Assembly: GCA_002633005.1 (NCBI GenBank)
Contig: NMRA01000098.1
Span: 1 to 64,000, forward strand
From: Phoronis australis
Taxonomy: Eukaryota > Animalia > Phoronida
DNA length: 64,000 nt
Direction: 5' to 3'
Shown here: positions 11,600 to 24,480 of the stretch, piece by piece
Position numbering within the stretch: position 1 is the stretch's first letter
How the letters are laid out: each line of letters starts with the position of its first letter
Notes under the pieces: model-generated
Database searches by the model: none
What the model was told of the DNA's origin: nothing
Seen by the model: the letters and a program-made list of their open reading frames with translations, nothing else
Made by a program: the position numbers and the translations under genes

Positions 11600-14500
11600 A
11601 TGCCAGCCAAGAAAAAAGGAGGCAAGAAAGGCAAAGGAAAGAAAAAAAAGAAGGTAACTGGACCGGGATCTCCTGAAGCAATTGTAAAGTCACTCAAGAA
11701 CTGCTATGAGAGGAATTGTGCTGCTGCAAACTCTGTCGTGAGTGCAAAGATCAAGCAAGATATGCTGAGATGTATTGAGAATGAAAATTTACTCGTTAGG
11801 GTATGTAACATTATCTATCATTTATTTGCAAATACGTCTAATTGTTCTAATTGAGTTTCTGCAACAGTTTTTCACAAGTTGAAACCAGATGTCCAAGAGT
11901 CTTCATGAGTGTTGTCTAACTGCATAGGTGGTTCTGCTGTAGCTGGCTTCAGCTAGTTAATGTGTGTCAAGTTAAGTACCAAGAATGAATGTTGTCTACC
12001 TGCATAGTTGGTTCTTTTGTCTGGCTCAACTAGTCAGTGTGTGTCATGTTATGTGCCAAGAATGTTGTTTAGCTACATAGTTGGTTCTACCCTAGCTGGC
12101 TCAGCTGTCAGTAGTCAATATGTGTCATGTTATATGCCAAGAATGAATGTTGTCTAACTGCATAAGTGGTTCTGCTGTAGCTGGATCAACTGCATGGTCA
12201 ATGTGTGTCATGTTATGTGCCAAGAATGAATGTCATGTTATGTGCCAAGAATGAATGTCATGTTATGTGCCAAGAATGAATGTCATGTCATGTGCCAAGA
12301 ATGAATGCCCTGTTATGTGCCAAGAATGAATGTCATGTTATGTACCAAGAATAAATGTCATGTTATGAAGTTTTGGGGCCGAATATTAACCACATTTCTC
12401 TTTGAAAAACATTAAAAAATCACACAAAACTCCCCTCACAAGGCCCAAAAATTCTATTCAAGTGATTGAAAATTCGCTTGTAACTCACACAGGAGACATC
12501 TTGAAAGAGCGCAAAATGATAGTTTTGGCCCCTGAGCCAGAGCTTATGAGGGTTGCAACAGGAGTGGGGGTTGCTACTGATTGTGATAGAGAGGTTAGAA
12601 TTTCCCTTCGCCACAAAAACAATCCCCTCTCAGAAGCCACAGTCACCTTTTCCTGCAGGTGAGCGAGGGCTATGAAACATAAATCTAGTTTCTTAATGAT
12701 AAAGTTTGTTGAGGCTTGCAGGATCTATTATGTTACGATGTAAACTCTATTTGTTACAACTTACCTGATTTTAGTTCATAATTGAAACCGTGCAAGTCGA
12801 GAAAGAGGATGACCCACAAGTGAAACTGGAACCCTTGTTAAACGCTGTTCGACAGGAGAGATACACCGCAATAAAAGAGCTCTATGTTTGGGACTTGCCA
12901 CTCATTCACACGGAAATTGCCTGTTTGGTGAGTATGCTTCTGCTTTTAGGACGTTTGGCCAGTCTCGATACTATTTTTGGTGTTGTCATTATGTTAGATG
13001 CTTACAAAGTACCATAATCTAAGACACATTGTAACTAAGATAAAGACATTTAAGCAATGCTGGTTAGGTTAGGTCTAAAGTGCAGATAAATGAAGTCATT
13101 CAATAAAAAATGTATATCATGTAACATAACAATCACAAACTTCTGTCGCCTTAAAACTTTTTAAAGTGGTGTTGCATGTGGTTATTAATAAAAATGTTAA
13201 CATGGCTAAAGAGTTGGCAACTGGAAAGGCACTTCTGTATAGGAGTCCACTCACATATTCCATACATTGTGAGTGAAATAGTATATTTCAATGTGATTGG
13301 TTCAAGGTCACATATTCTCCAAGTTTTGCATCATCAGATCGGTTGCAAACAAGAGTTGCTAAGTTACAAGAATGTTCCTTTGATGTGTCTGTCACAAAGA
13401 CTCTGCTTGGTTTCTGTTATGCACGAACTTGTTGACTATGCATTTCTCTACTCTGCAAGGATGTATAAAATGACTGTGGTCTGGAGAAAATAAGTTAATA
13501 AGCTGCTCTTCACAATGCCATACATAGGCCATAGTTCATTCACCTCAACGATTTAGCTACTCTTTCTTCCAGGGTCTATTTTTGGAGAAGCAGTTTTACC
13601 CACTTCAGAAACTAGAACTGATGGATTGCCTGATCGAAGCGGAATCCCTGAATAGACTTGCAAGGTATCATTTGTTCATTCATTGTCTCGTATGTTCATA
13701 ACACAATTGACCTTTTGTGCAGTAATGTATGCAGCCATCAGGGCTTGTAATTTTCCGCGGAAACGCGGATTTCCGCTTTTTTCAAATGTGCTTTCCACTT
13801 TTTTTATAATATTTCCACGTAAAAAAAATCGGATTTGATATAAAATTTCCGCGGCAAATTCCTTTCTTACCGCGGCGTTGCAGACGACGTTCACCTCGAA
13901 AAGCGGAAGTTGCTCATTATGTTCGGAGGAACGTAAATTGGCAACATTGCCGGGGCATCTGGGATAGCGTGGTGTGATTTTCAATGGCGTCTCGTGTTAT
14001 TGCCAAAAATGTGTGGGTTGGGAGTAGACGGGCGAGCTAAAAGGACGCAGATGCATGCTACTGATGGTAACCTTTTTTTTTTTTTTTTTAGTCCCGATTT
14101 TTGTTGGGGAAAGGTTCACATTGACCAGTTCTAGGCTGGTTATCGGGCGATGATTTGGGCCGCAAAAGTTTCAAAGTTTCCGCATTTTTTGTCATTGGTC
14201 ATTCCAAGCCCTGAGCCATGAAAAACGAAAAATGACAATTTTGTCAATTATTTTCTTGTGAAATAACTGGATAATTACCATACTCCAAGCTTGAAGAGAT
14301 CTGCAATGAATTGAACAAGGTGAAAATCAGTATGTGAGTTTATGAACTCTTCATTTTACAGATCCATCCCATTCTGTTTCACTCTTACACATCTCATCCT
14401 GGATTACAATGAGTAAGTATTATTCATGCTTTTACTCATCACTAAAAAAGTTTTCATGTTAAAGAAAACGTAGCTGACACAAATTGCTAATTGCTTTACT

Positions 14501-17500
14501 GCAGTGTTTTCTAAAGGTTGTAAAGCAAATTATATTGACTTATAAAGTTTCATTAGTGTATGGTAGCATTACAAATAATAGCCCTTAAAATACAGTCACA
14601 TTCACCTACACATACACACATATACCTTTGTGTCTATGGGTATAACAGTAAAAAGAGGAAAAAAATCGGGTAATTAAATGACCCATAATAGTCCACCAGT
14701 GCAAAATTAATTTCTGTTTTGGCAACTTGCAAATTTGGTCGAAGATTTTTCAGTCTTCTTTTGCATATCGACTAGTAAAGTTCATATGGATTCAACATGG
14801 CAGAAATTTTAATATCACAGTCATCAAACTATACTCCTTGATAAAGTTTTTCAGGATACTCCATGCTTTGATGGTAGTTTGACAGACAGATGAGGTGGCA
14901 GACTTAGGGGAAGCAATCCAACTAACGTTGAATACTGGTAGAATCTTGATTAATAACAGCTTGCAGACCCAAGATTTGTCCTCATGATGAATCACTCCAG
15001 TTGACCACTAGCTAAGTTCAGTAGTAAGCTTTAGTCAATACTAGACTCCACAGACACTAGTTTGCTGCTCTGGTATTGTCCTGAGTGAGCAACTGGAACA
15101 GATGAGACGATGTGCTCCCTGTAAGGTCCTAGTAAGGCAGCTAGGCATTTGCTCTGGCTCTGGTCTGCACCATACTCACTGTTCAAAGAAACTTGCAGGA
15201 ATCCTTAGATTTTGAGAACCACTGAGTAACGAGTGTCAAATTGGTTCTAAAAATGCAGGACACCTCTCCTGTGTTTTCTAGGTTTGGTGATGATGGTGTC
15301 AACAACCTGTGCTTGGGTTTGGAAGGCTCTACAACCATTTTGTCTCTTAGCCTGAACTATTGCAACCTAACAACAGAGAGTGGTTCTATCCTTGGACACC
15401 TTGTTGCCACAACGACTTTGAGGTAAGGTCATTTGCCAATATGATGGAGCAACTCACATTTGGTGGGCATGTAGGACGTTCAGTGCTGGTGCTTGTGACT
15501 GCCTGAGAGGCTCCTCATGTTATCATCACAGACACACAAATTGCCATTCATTTAAGGTTCTATTAACCTTTATCTTTAGGTGAAAACTACATTCTTGATT
15601 TGGCAGCATACAATTGGTCTCAGCTTTTCCTTGCGATGAATGTGTTGAAGTGGCTTTTTGGCTTTGGAGGGGTGATGGTTCATGTTGGCTCAAGACAAGG
15701 CTGAAGAAGTTCGTTTTGCACGCCCTGGGTGGCCTCCTGTGTTATCCAACAAAGGGAATCTATTAAACACAATCTTGCTGTAATTGTTATTTGTGGGGTG
15801 GCCTTAGCAACCTGCTCGCTTGTTGTTTAGAGAATTGTACTTGGATGGAAACGACCTTGGTTGTGAGGGTGCACAAGAGTTGATCAAACTGTGCGCTGAA
15901 CAGGCAGAACTTGAGGCGTTTGAACGAGCGCAAGAGGAAGAACGGAAAAAGTTAGAGGAAGAGCAGAAGGAAGCTGACAGAAGAAGTGAGTAAAAATTTT
16001 ATTTCTGGCAATTGAAAATGATACAAAAGCCAGTTTTGGGCATTTTAATAGATATTAGCAATCCCTTTCCCATTCAGATCTCTAAAAGAAAGTGATGCTC
16101 TCTGCAAGGCTTGGAATTTTCCGCGGAAACGCGGGTATTGGCTTTTTTCTTTTATCCCCTCCGCGTATTTTTGTTATATTTCCGCGGAAAAAAATCGGAT
16201 TTGCCATAAAATTATCGCGGCAAATTGGTTTCTCACCGCGGCGTTGCCGAGGACTCGAAAAGCGGAAACTGCTCTTCGTGTTTCGGAAGAACGAAAACTG
16301 TACTTGCAGATCACAGGTGCTCAAATTTCCCGATGACTCATTACCACATAATAAGAAACATGTTTTCTTAGTAGTGAGTGACGTCAGTGGCAATCGAGGA
16401 ACAAATAAATTCAAGCGCCTGTGGCTGGGATAGCGTGGTTCATCAGTGGCGTCTGCATTTGGTATAAAGTCGCGGTGACAAATAGTGCGATTCTACGGTC
16501 AAAATGCGGGGAGCGTGGAGTAGACAGAATATTTCGTGGAAAAATTGGATAAAAGAAACGGCAACTGTCTTAACAAACAACATTAAGTCCAGGTTTTTGC
16601 TCTGTATTAACTTTGAGAGAGGAACAATTATGGAGTGCTTGGCCAAGTCGCCTTGGACTAAGCTGGAGTCGGAGGACCGACTGAAAGCGATAAAACACTA
16701 GAAATAACGCTTCCTGAAAAGAAATTCAACTGTTACCGTTTATTCGTTGGATTGGAATCGTGGCATGTGAGTGATGTATGAAGTTCTTCTGTTTGATCCC
16801 TCATGCACGCCCGTTGCCGTTGGCTGCTAGTGCTAGGCCTGACCTTCTGAGTGCGATTTTCTATGTGCCGCCGTAATTTTGTATCGTAATTACAAGAATT
16901 GAAAATAATTTCATAGGTCTCCCTGCAGCAAATCAAAAATAAGCTACTGCCACTCATACTGCAAATTTTTCATCATTATCTAAATTATTATTTAATTTTA
17001 AAAAATATCTTTTGTTGCATCTAATTGCCTTCATTGTTGTTGCTGAAATAGATGTCAGGTACTGCTTAAGATGAGTGAGTTTTGCCAACACGACACAGTA
17101 AGAGGGCATCTTGTGATATGTTTACTTTCGATCTGTTGAGGTATGGTTTTGATTGAAATGTGTAGTTAGGGCAGTAAAAATCTTTTTTGTCACGGATCAT
17201 TCCAAGCCCTGTCTCTAACCCTTGTGAACCTGCAAATGTTTAGAGCGAATTTGAAAACTTCTTACAAAGTCTGCCAAACTGGCAAACATGACCAATGTGT
17301 TAGTCACATGACAGCTTTGTGGAAAGACCACCCACCGAAAATAATAGTTTCTGTTATGTGACACAGTGTAGTGAGTGATGAATCTTGCTTTTATTACCAT
17401 AACTCAATTGAGGTACCAGTGATGCATTTGTAGGGGACACACCAAGGATTGGTTGAAGTCACTGAAATAGTGTTTAGTATCCTTCTAAGATTTGGAAACA

Positions 17501-20500
17501 TTCACATTGGAGTTTGAAACCTATTTACTCAATTTAACGAGAAGTTTGCCCCTTCTTTTGTTCAATTTTGCCATAAACAGTTTGACAATTTAAAAGCCAA
17601 TAGAACAGGCTCTGGGAAAATACAGTAATCATTCGAAAGCTTGATCCAAATTTGGGTAAGACTTTTCTAGAAGGTCATTGTGCCATTGACTATGTATGTG
17701 TAGATTTCTAGCGATTGTTTGATTATGGTGTGTGGAATCAAAGGGTTTACATAGTCAAGTTACATTGTTGCATTTTATAATACGGTGTAAGGAAGAGGAG
17801 GGATTTAACTTTGTGTTTCTCAATGCACTTCATCACATAAGCATTTCACTCAGTTTCATGTGGGCAACAGGTTTTTATTCATGTGTATTAACAGTTGATT
17901 TCCAAAATGCACCCGTGCAGTTTGTTTTACGTTGTTACTTTTGTTAACTTCTACTTAAGTTTCCTTTGTGTCAACAATGTAACAATCAATAAGTGTTTTT
18001 GTTAAGAATCAAGATTTGAAAACATTTAATTTTTTGCTATTAACGGAAATATCTTGTGCAGCAGAGTTTAAAAACATTAAACATTAAAAAATCCCAAAGA
18101 TTGCATTCCTGAAGAACAAATTCACAGAACTTTGTTGTCCAAGGATTATTTTATTACCCAAGTGTAATGTTGACTCTTTGTGTGTAATAACATGTAAATG
18201 TCTGTTGTGTTAAAGAAAACCCGAGGAGAACTGGAGGTAACACTATCTTTATGATCAGAACTTATCTGTCAAATAGTTTCATGACCTGTCAAGTGTTTCT
18301 GCTTTAATCTGTTTCTGCTACTGTCACATTTAGCTGTTTGATAGTATTATAGTTTTCAGATTTTCTAATTTTCCAAATTTGCATTCATTCATTTATCACC
18401 GGCGTAGCTGAGATTTAGTGTCAGAGTTTTAGAAAATATTAGATGTGCAGTACGCAATGTTACGAGCTTTATTTTAAAAAGTTTGCTTCCCTTGACTACT
18501 CTGATACGTTAGTTACATACTAAACTTTAATCTAGATTCAATGTCATTTGCTTCATTGTGCAACTTAAAAACAAACAGTTTAGAAAAGTGTCTAACATTT
18601 TGTTAAATTATTACAAAATGGGATGATTTCATGAAAGTTCCATCACGTCCTCTTTCTTTGCGTTTTCTTTCCTCAAATCTGCTTCCCAATGCACTCATTG
18701 TTCTTAGAAGTCTTTCCCTGAACTGTGTTTCTGATCTCCAACATATGTTCACTGTAAACCTTATCTAATATTTAGTAATATCAAGTATTTAGCATAATAC
18801 TAATGACAATGATAAAAATAATAAATAAAAACGTAATAATAATAGCATAATAATAATGATAACATAATAACAATAACATAATAATAACAATTACATCATA
18901 TATGATAACAATAACAATAATAGAAGTAACAATAATAATAGCATTATATCATTAATGGTGTTATTATTGTTATTCTTGTAATGATTTAATTTATGAATAC
19001 TTCAAATATCATTAACTAGACCTGTGAGTTGCTCTTCAGGACCATTCTCTGCCAGCTAGGTAATGTGAAGGAGACAGTCGCCACACATTCAAAGTCCTGT
19101 CCAATACCTGGGCTGTATTCACAGATGCAAGAAACTTGCCAAAAGGCAAGATCTCAGAAGTCTTCGTGAGATGTCACCATGCATAATAACGAAAGCACAT
19201 GATCAATCATTCCGAGGTTTTCTTAGGTCTATGGGTAATTTAGAAAACCTGCAGTGGCAAAGAAAGCTAGAGTTATTACTCCCTCTATTGGTTGCCAACA
19301 AAGTCAAATCTCCCTTGTGGGAATATTCAAATTTACTTCATTGGATTCATGAATTGATAGTCGGTTAGAATAATATCTAAATGTTTTGATTTTGATATTG
19401 GTAACCTTGATCCCTTATTTTCAGATCGATTTCTGGAGGCACCTGTCGAGGAACCTGAAAAATCACCAGAAAAAACAAAAAAGAAAGGTATAACTAGTTC
19501 TGTGTAATTTACATCCTTCCAAACTTTCACTGCACCCTGTCATCTGCATGTTCTTGATTTTCAAACAGCATGTTGTCATTGATATGTGATCTTTCTGTCT
19601 GTTAGGAGATGACTGTCCGCAAGACTTGATGGATAAATCTTGCTCACTAACCTTTTTGTCTCAGTGTTTTTGGAATTTGTTAGACAATGCAAGGTACACA
19701 CAGCTGGTGTTTGAAAAAAGCTAAATGGCAGACTTACTAGTAATTTGAATTCAAGTAGCCTTGTTGCTTAACTAATAAAAATAATGTAGGATGGTAAAAC
19801 CTGTAATTTCTTTCTAACATATGGCATGAATTGTTGTATACTCTCATTAAACAGACTGGGTTAAGTCTCAAGTGTTTTGAATGCCTTATTCATTCTCCAC
19901 TTTTTTTGATTTTGCTGGGGGATGCGCTCAAGACATTTGAATCTGAATTTTCCAGGTAAGAAAAAAAAGAAGAAGAAGAAAGAACCTCCTCCCCCTCCCG
20001 AACCTGGCCCTTGGCTACACGTACTCCATCTTGAGGATAATGGTATGGATGCCTTTGGAAGAGGAGCAAACTTTGCTCCCCTTGTCTGCATGAGAATGTT
20101 CAAAAGGTACGTTCCAACACCATTGGGGCTTGCTTCCCAAAATAGGTGCGTTTGTCTTCTACCACTACCACATAAAATTTGTCTTGAGTCTTGTCCACAT
20201 ATTATTTGGAATGTTTATTGCATTTTTATGGTGTCTTTTTGAACAGGTTAGAAATTAGCATTTAGATACACACTATATCGGATTTTGTACTATCATGCTC
20301 ATTGCTTTTGAGCAAAAAGTAATGCAGTGACCCGTTGGCATTCAATGAAAAGGTTCGGTATATTGGTTAGTTTTGTAGGGCAACATCATACAAATATGGA
20401 CCAAGCCCAAGGGCAGTGTCAAGTTGTATGAAGTGAGGGCGTCCATCTTATTCAGTTACCATTTCAACAATGAAAATTTTACAACTTTTTCAGGCTAATT

Positions 20501-22822
20501 GCAAATTCCTCCTGCTTAAGAGAGCTTGACCTTGAACTGAACCTTATTGGCGACCTGGGAGGCAGAGAAATTATGGAGTCCCTGGAGGAGAGAAAGGAAG
20601 GTTAGTTCACTAACCGGATTGAGTGTCACAAAGATAAACCACCACATTACAGTGCATATAAGCAGTTCAAAAATATGGTAAGGCATACTTATGCAAACCT
20701 AGGTTGATGGAAGCCATTACTGACAGAGGTGATGAGGAAAGGAAGGTGTGTTTAAATGTTTGAGAAATTTACTGGTCAACACCTTTTACATACATGCGCT
20801 ACCCAGCCTTCAATTTGGGGGGCATCGAATTCTTAAAGTTGTGATCCTTTTGCTAACAAAAAGAGCAGGCCGACTAAAAAAACAGCACCACTGTGAATTG
20901 CGCATTTGCACTTATTTAGTGAACTTTTGTCCCATTTTCTCGGACTTTGTCTCTCAGGGGCGGACTTTTTTGCCCACTTTGCAAATGGGGGACTCATTCG
21001 AGCCCCCCGAGCCACCCCTGGGTGCGCGCATTGAATACATACCATGATTTCATTGTTTTTATCAGATAAATGAATTTTTTGTGTTACGTGCTTTCAGCCA
21101 AACTACCCGGCATTAAAGTGAGAACAACTCATCGCATGAACAGCACCACCTTTGAGGCAATATGTAAACTAGGATCTGGCAAAATAACCAAGAAAAAGAA
21201 AAAAGGAAAGAAGGTGAGATTTTTAGGATGTTTACTTAAATGCAGTTGTACGTGTCTTGATAGTGAATCTAATACTTCGCTTAAGGGAGTTGTATGGCTA
21301 AGTGCCCTCCTCATCATTAGGACTTTGACAGGTCGCTGATGGATCACATGCCTAATGACAGCCACATCTCAAGAAAGGTTAGTTTTTCACCTTCCTAGAA
21401 CCTGGGATTGAATATTAATTAATCTCCTGCGATAGCTGTGTTATCAATCATGTGATCCACCAGTGAAAACATGCTGGTTACAGGTGACCCAGGTAAGTGG
21501 GGTGTAATTTGTAAAGACAAATTATAAATCATGGCCTGCCGAAATCCTCACCACGAGGTTGCATCTTAGCCATGCAACTCCGCCTCTATGCAAGTGCAGT
21601 ATTTGATGACTACACGCGACACCCATGCAGCCTCATGTGCAAGTTCAGTGCAAGTTCCGTGTTCAGTTATAGTTTTGATTTTTATTATATTCAGGTAGAC
21701 ACAATTGAAGATCTCAAAATTTTTGCCATGTTTTCCCATAGTTTATTTAAATGACGTTTCTTCTCTTCTTGCGTTCTAAATATTGAAACTGTGGTATAGG
21801 TGAATGAACTTTAACAAACCTGTCCCAAAATGTTCGTTTCAATGCTAACAGCTGATTTTTGCCTCCTAGAGATCATTTGAGATTGGTCCCAATTTTAGAA
21901 AGGTGTGCAAACCCTGTCAAAAGGGATCTATGTTTTGCCAATGCCGTGAATGCTTCATGCGAGGATGAATGTCGATTTCTGCTCTGGTATGGCAAGGGTT
22001 GGGATGCACTAGGTACTTTACGAAGCGAGTTAGGAAGTTAATGACATTTTGATTTCTAATGGTAAATTAATCTGCTTGTTGTTTCATGGTTGGATTGTAC
22101 TGAACAACACTTGCTATAAGTTGAGCACTGCTAGAAGCCTCATGTGTAGTTTTATTTAAATGGATACCAAACCTGATTTTGGTGTTTTAACAGATACTGA
22201 AAAGGACTTTCCCGGCATCCAGTTCACTGAAACAAAACAATGCTTTGTAAGACTCAACAACCATGTGAAGTTTGGAGGAAAATTTTAAAACTCCTTTCAA
22301 AGTCTGCTAAACGGGCAAGCCTGACCCACCTTTTAGCAAATTACTTGCCAAGTGTGGGAAAAGACCACCCACTTAAGGCATAATGTTTTTGGAGACCAGT
22401 GGAATTTTATTTTGTAAAATTTCCAAACAATACTTTCAGTAGTCAAAACTTTTTTTTTGCATAGTCTGTACTGCACTGCAGTCATAAAACAACATCTTGG
22501 GAGAATTTGAATTCTATGATAACAAGATATTGAGCCTCTAAAATGGAACAATGGCAATTTTAGCAGTTATTTTTGTGCAAAATAACCAGTGAATTACTGT
22601 CTTGAACAGTTAGTAAAATAGACATCCTTGTCACGACAATGAAACATGAATTTTATGTACTTGGTGTTAATGGCGTAAGAGTATGTTGCTGTGCCAACAA
22701 GACATTTTCTTTTCTCCTACCAAAATAGTCCTCAGAATAGTTTTCATCTAAAATAAGCACTTACTATACTTCTAGGTTTTAACCGACTTTTGTTTTGTTT
22801 TGTTTTTCAGAAAAAGAAGTGA
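11600..22822 (+). CDS. RNI-like leucine-rich repeat protein with three polybasic tracts, 11 coding exons, 413 aa
   Basis: Phase-consistent GT-AG exons: 11600-11800, 12775-12927, 13573-13664, 14362-14412, 15282-15422, 15831-15985, 19425-19487, 19956-20106, 20494-20600, 21098-21213, 22811-22822 (1242 nt). LRR motifs: IKELYVWD, LQKLELMDC, LTHLILDYNEFGDDGV, ILSLSLNYCNL, LRELYLDGNDLGCEGA, LHVLHLEDNGM, LRELDLELNLIGDLGG. Confidence 0.9.
11905..12367. repeat. Compound minisatellite: four ~75-85-bp units followed by about six 25-bp units (tgtcatgttatgtgccaagaatgaa)
   Basis: Read directly; the 25-bp unit is a sub-segment of the longer unit. Confidence 0.9.
13739..14213. mobile_element. Non-autonomous DNA transposon (CAGGGCTTG TIR, 6-bp TSD)
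   Basis: cagggcttg...caagccctg flanked by agccat on both sides. The 5' region is homologous to 16105-17211. Confidence 0.85.
16105..17211. mobile_element. Longer member of the same CAGGGCTTGGAA TIR family
   Basis: caaggcttggaattttccgcggaaacgcgg...ttccaagccctg, flanked by tctctg / tctcta (5 of 6 match). Confidence 0.8.
18795..18975. repeat. Degenerate (AAT)n microsatellite
   Basis: Run of aat/aac/cat triplets. Confidence 0.8.
20793..21033. mobile_element. MITE family with CATGCGCGCACCCA TIRs; other copies at 25209-25431 (inverted) and ~53055-53260 (partial)
   Basis: Terminal inverted repeats plus a shared interior (cttttgtc.cattttc.cgga, gcggacttt, aaatggggg). Confidence 0.75.
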
Positions 22823-23899
22823 CTTTGATCGAAGACTTGAAACTACAATGACTTGTCTTTCATAAAATGTGTTTAATTGTTCATAATGGTTTCTTACTAA
22901 TTTTTTATGTCTACATTGTAGTCCTGGTCTGTATTGTGTTACAATTTGTATTTCTAACTAAATTACTTAGTTTATATTTTGATATATCTGAAAAATTTCT
23001 AAATGTAGTTTATTGAAGGATGTGATAAAATTGTAAAGAGAAATGGTAAAGATTTCAACCTATTTCTGTAATTTAATATTTTGATATTATTATTATATCT
23101 AAAATGATTCCTGCTGTCTCAACTGAAGGATGTGACATACTCTTAGAGAATGGATAATTTTGTACTTTTTATGTTTTTAATGTTCAGTCTAACACAAGTC
23201 TATTTATTCAAGTAACGGTTGTCATCTACTGTTGATGTTGTAGTCCTCAAATCTTTGCTGTAATACATTTACATTACGCGCAACTGTTCTATTCTCTTTT
23301 GTGTCCTTTCCAGTTTAAATTGAAACCACGAAAGAATTTCAAAAAGGACAGGTAACCATCTCTTGCTTGGGTGCAGCTTTTTTGAGTTCAGAAGTATTGA
23401 CAAGGACCTTCCTGCAATAAAAGTTATTCTAAGACATGTTGTTTGTCGTTGCATGTCTGCAGAATTTAAATTAAGCGTTTGGACACTGTCTGATCATCGA
23501 TTTTATAAATTCGTCTGATTGTCAGCACATCATTTTGTATCTGACAAAGCTTTTGGTCGTGATATAGCTGTAGTTAATATCTTGTAAAGATAGCTTGGGT
23601 TTTCGGTTAGACCATCGTTTGTAATTGGAACATAAAGTCTCAAAAACTCGTACAAAATGTTTGAGTGGATGTTGCGGTCTTTTTTGTTACTCAAGTGGGG
23701 TCGCTATAGTTCATTTCCTGTAGTCCAGCCTTGGCCACTCACGGGGATGTCATTGTAGTTGCCTCCCGTTGGTTGCGCTTATAGAACGTATTTGCTATCA
23801 TCCTTCAAGTTACAATAACTTAGAAAATAAATCTGAAACTAAAAGAGGCGATTCAAATCCTCTAAATTATACAGTTGTGTTTCGAAATTATTTAGAGCA

Positions 23900-24480
23900 A
23901 ATTTGGACATTAAAAACCAAACTGACAAACCTATTGGCAACACACAATGTAACAAATCTAGATGCAAAATGTGTAACTTTATCAATGACAATACTTCCTT
24001 CCAGTCTTCTCAAACCAATGAACACTTCGAAATAAAACATTATTCTGAATGCCCCAACAAAAATACCATTTACTTAATAACATGTAGAAAATGTTGCATT
24101 CAATATGTAGGACAAACGCAACATAATCTACAAACTCGGTTTCGAAATCATAGATTTAACATAATACATAAAACATTTCTGATACTATAGGTAATAATTT
24201 CAATTCCGAAAAACATAATCTACAAAATCTTTCTGTACAAATAATAGAGAAACTCCATTACCCCAGTACCCTTCACAGATTCAAAAGAGAACAGTTTTGG
24301 CTAAATAAGCTTAATTGAACCTGATGGATTGAAGACTTCTTAAATTATATCCTTTACTTTTTCCGCAACAATATATCATGTTCATTACGCTTGATATCAG
24401 ATGTCAATTGTCATATAATGTTTGATTTTACTTTATTTCTGTTTCTGTTGACGAAGGTCGTTATTCTATCCGAAAACTTT
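23900..24480 (+). mobile_element. Penelope-like element remnant (GIY-YIG endonuclease, decayed)
   Basis: CNKSRCKMC...NTIYLITCRKCCIQYVGQT...RFRNHR; after a frameshift FNSEKHNLQNLSVQIIE...REQFWLNKL and then PDGL. This is the characteristic PLE GIY-YIG C-terminus. Confidence 0.85.

Noticed and set aside
16082-16957. Cluster of 65-113-aa ORFs that might be a transposase
   Set aside because: They lie inside a non-autonomous TIR element and show no DDE, BED or dimerisation motifs.
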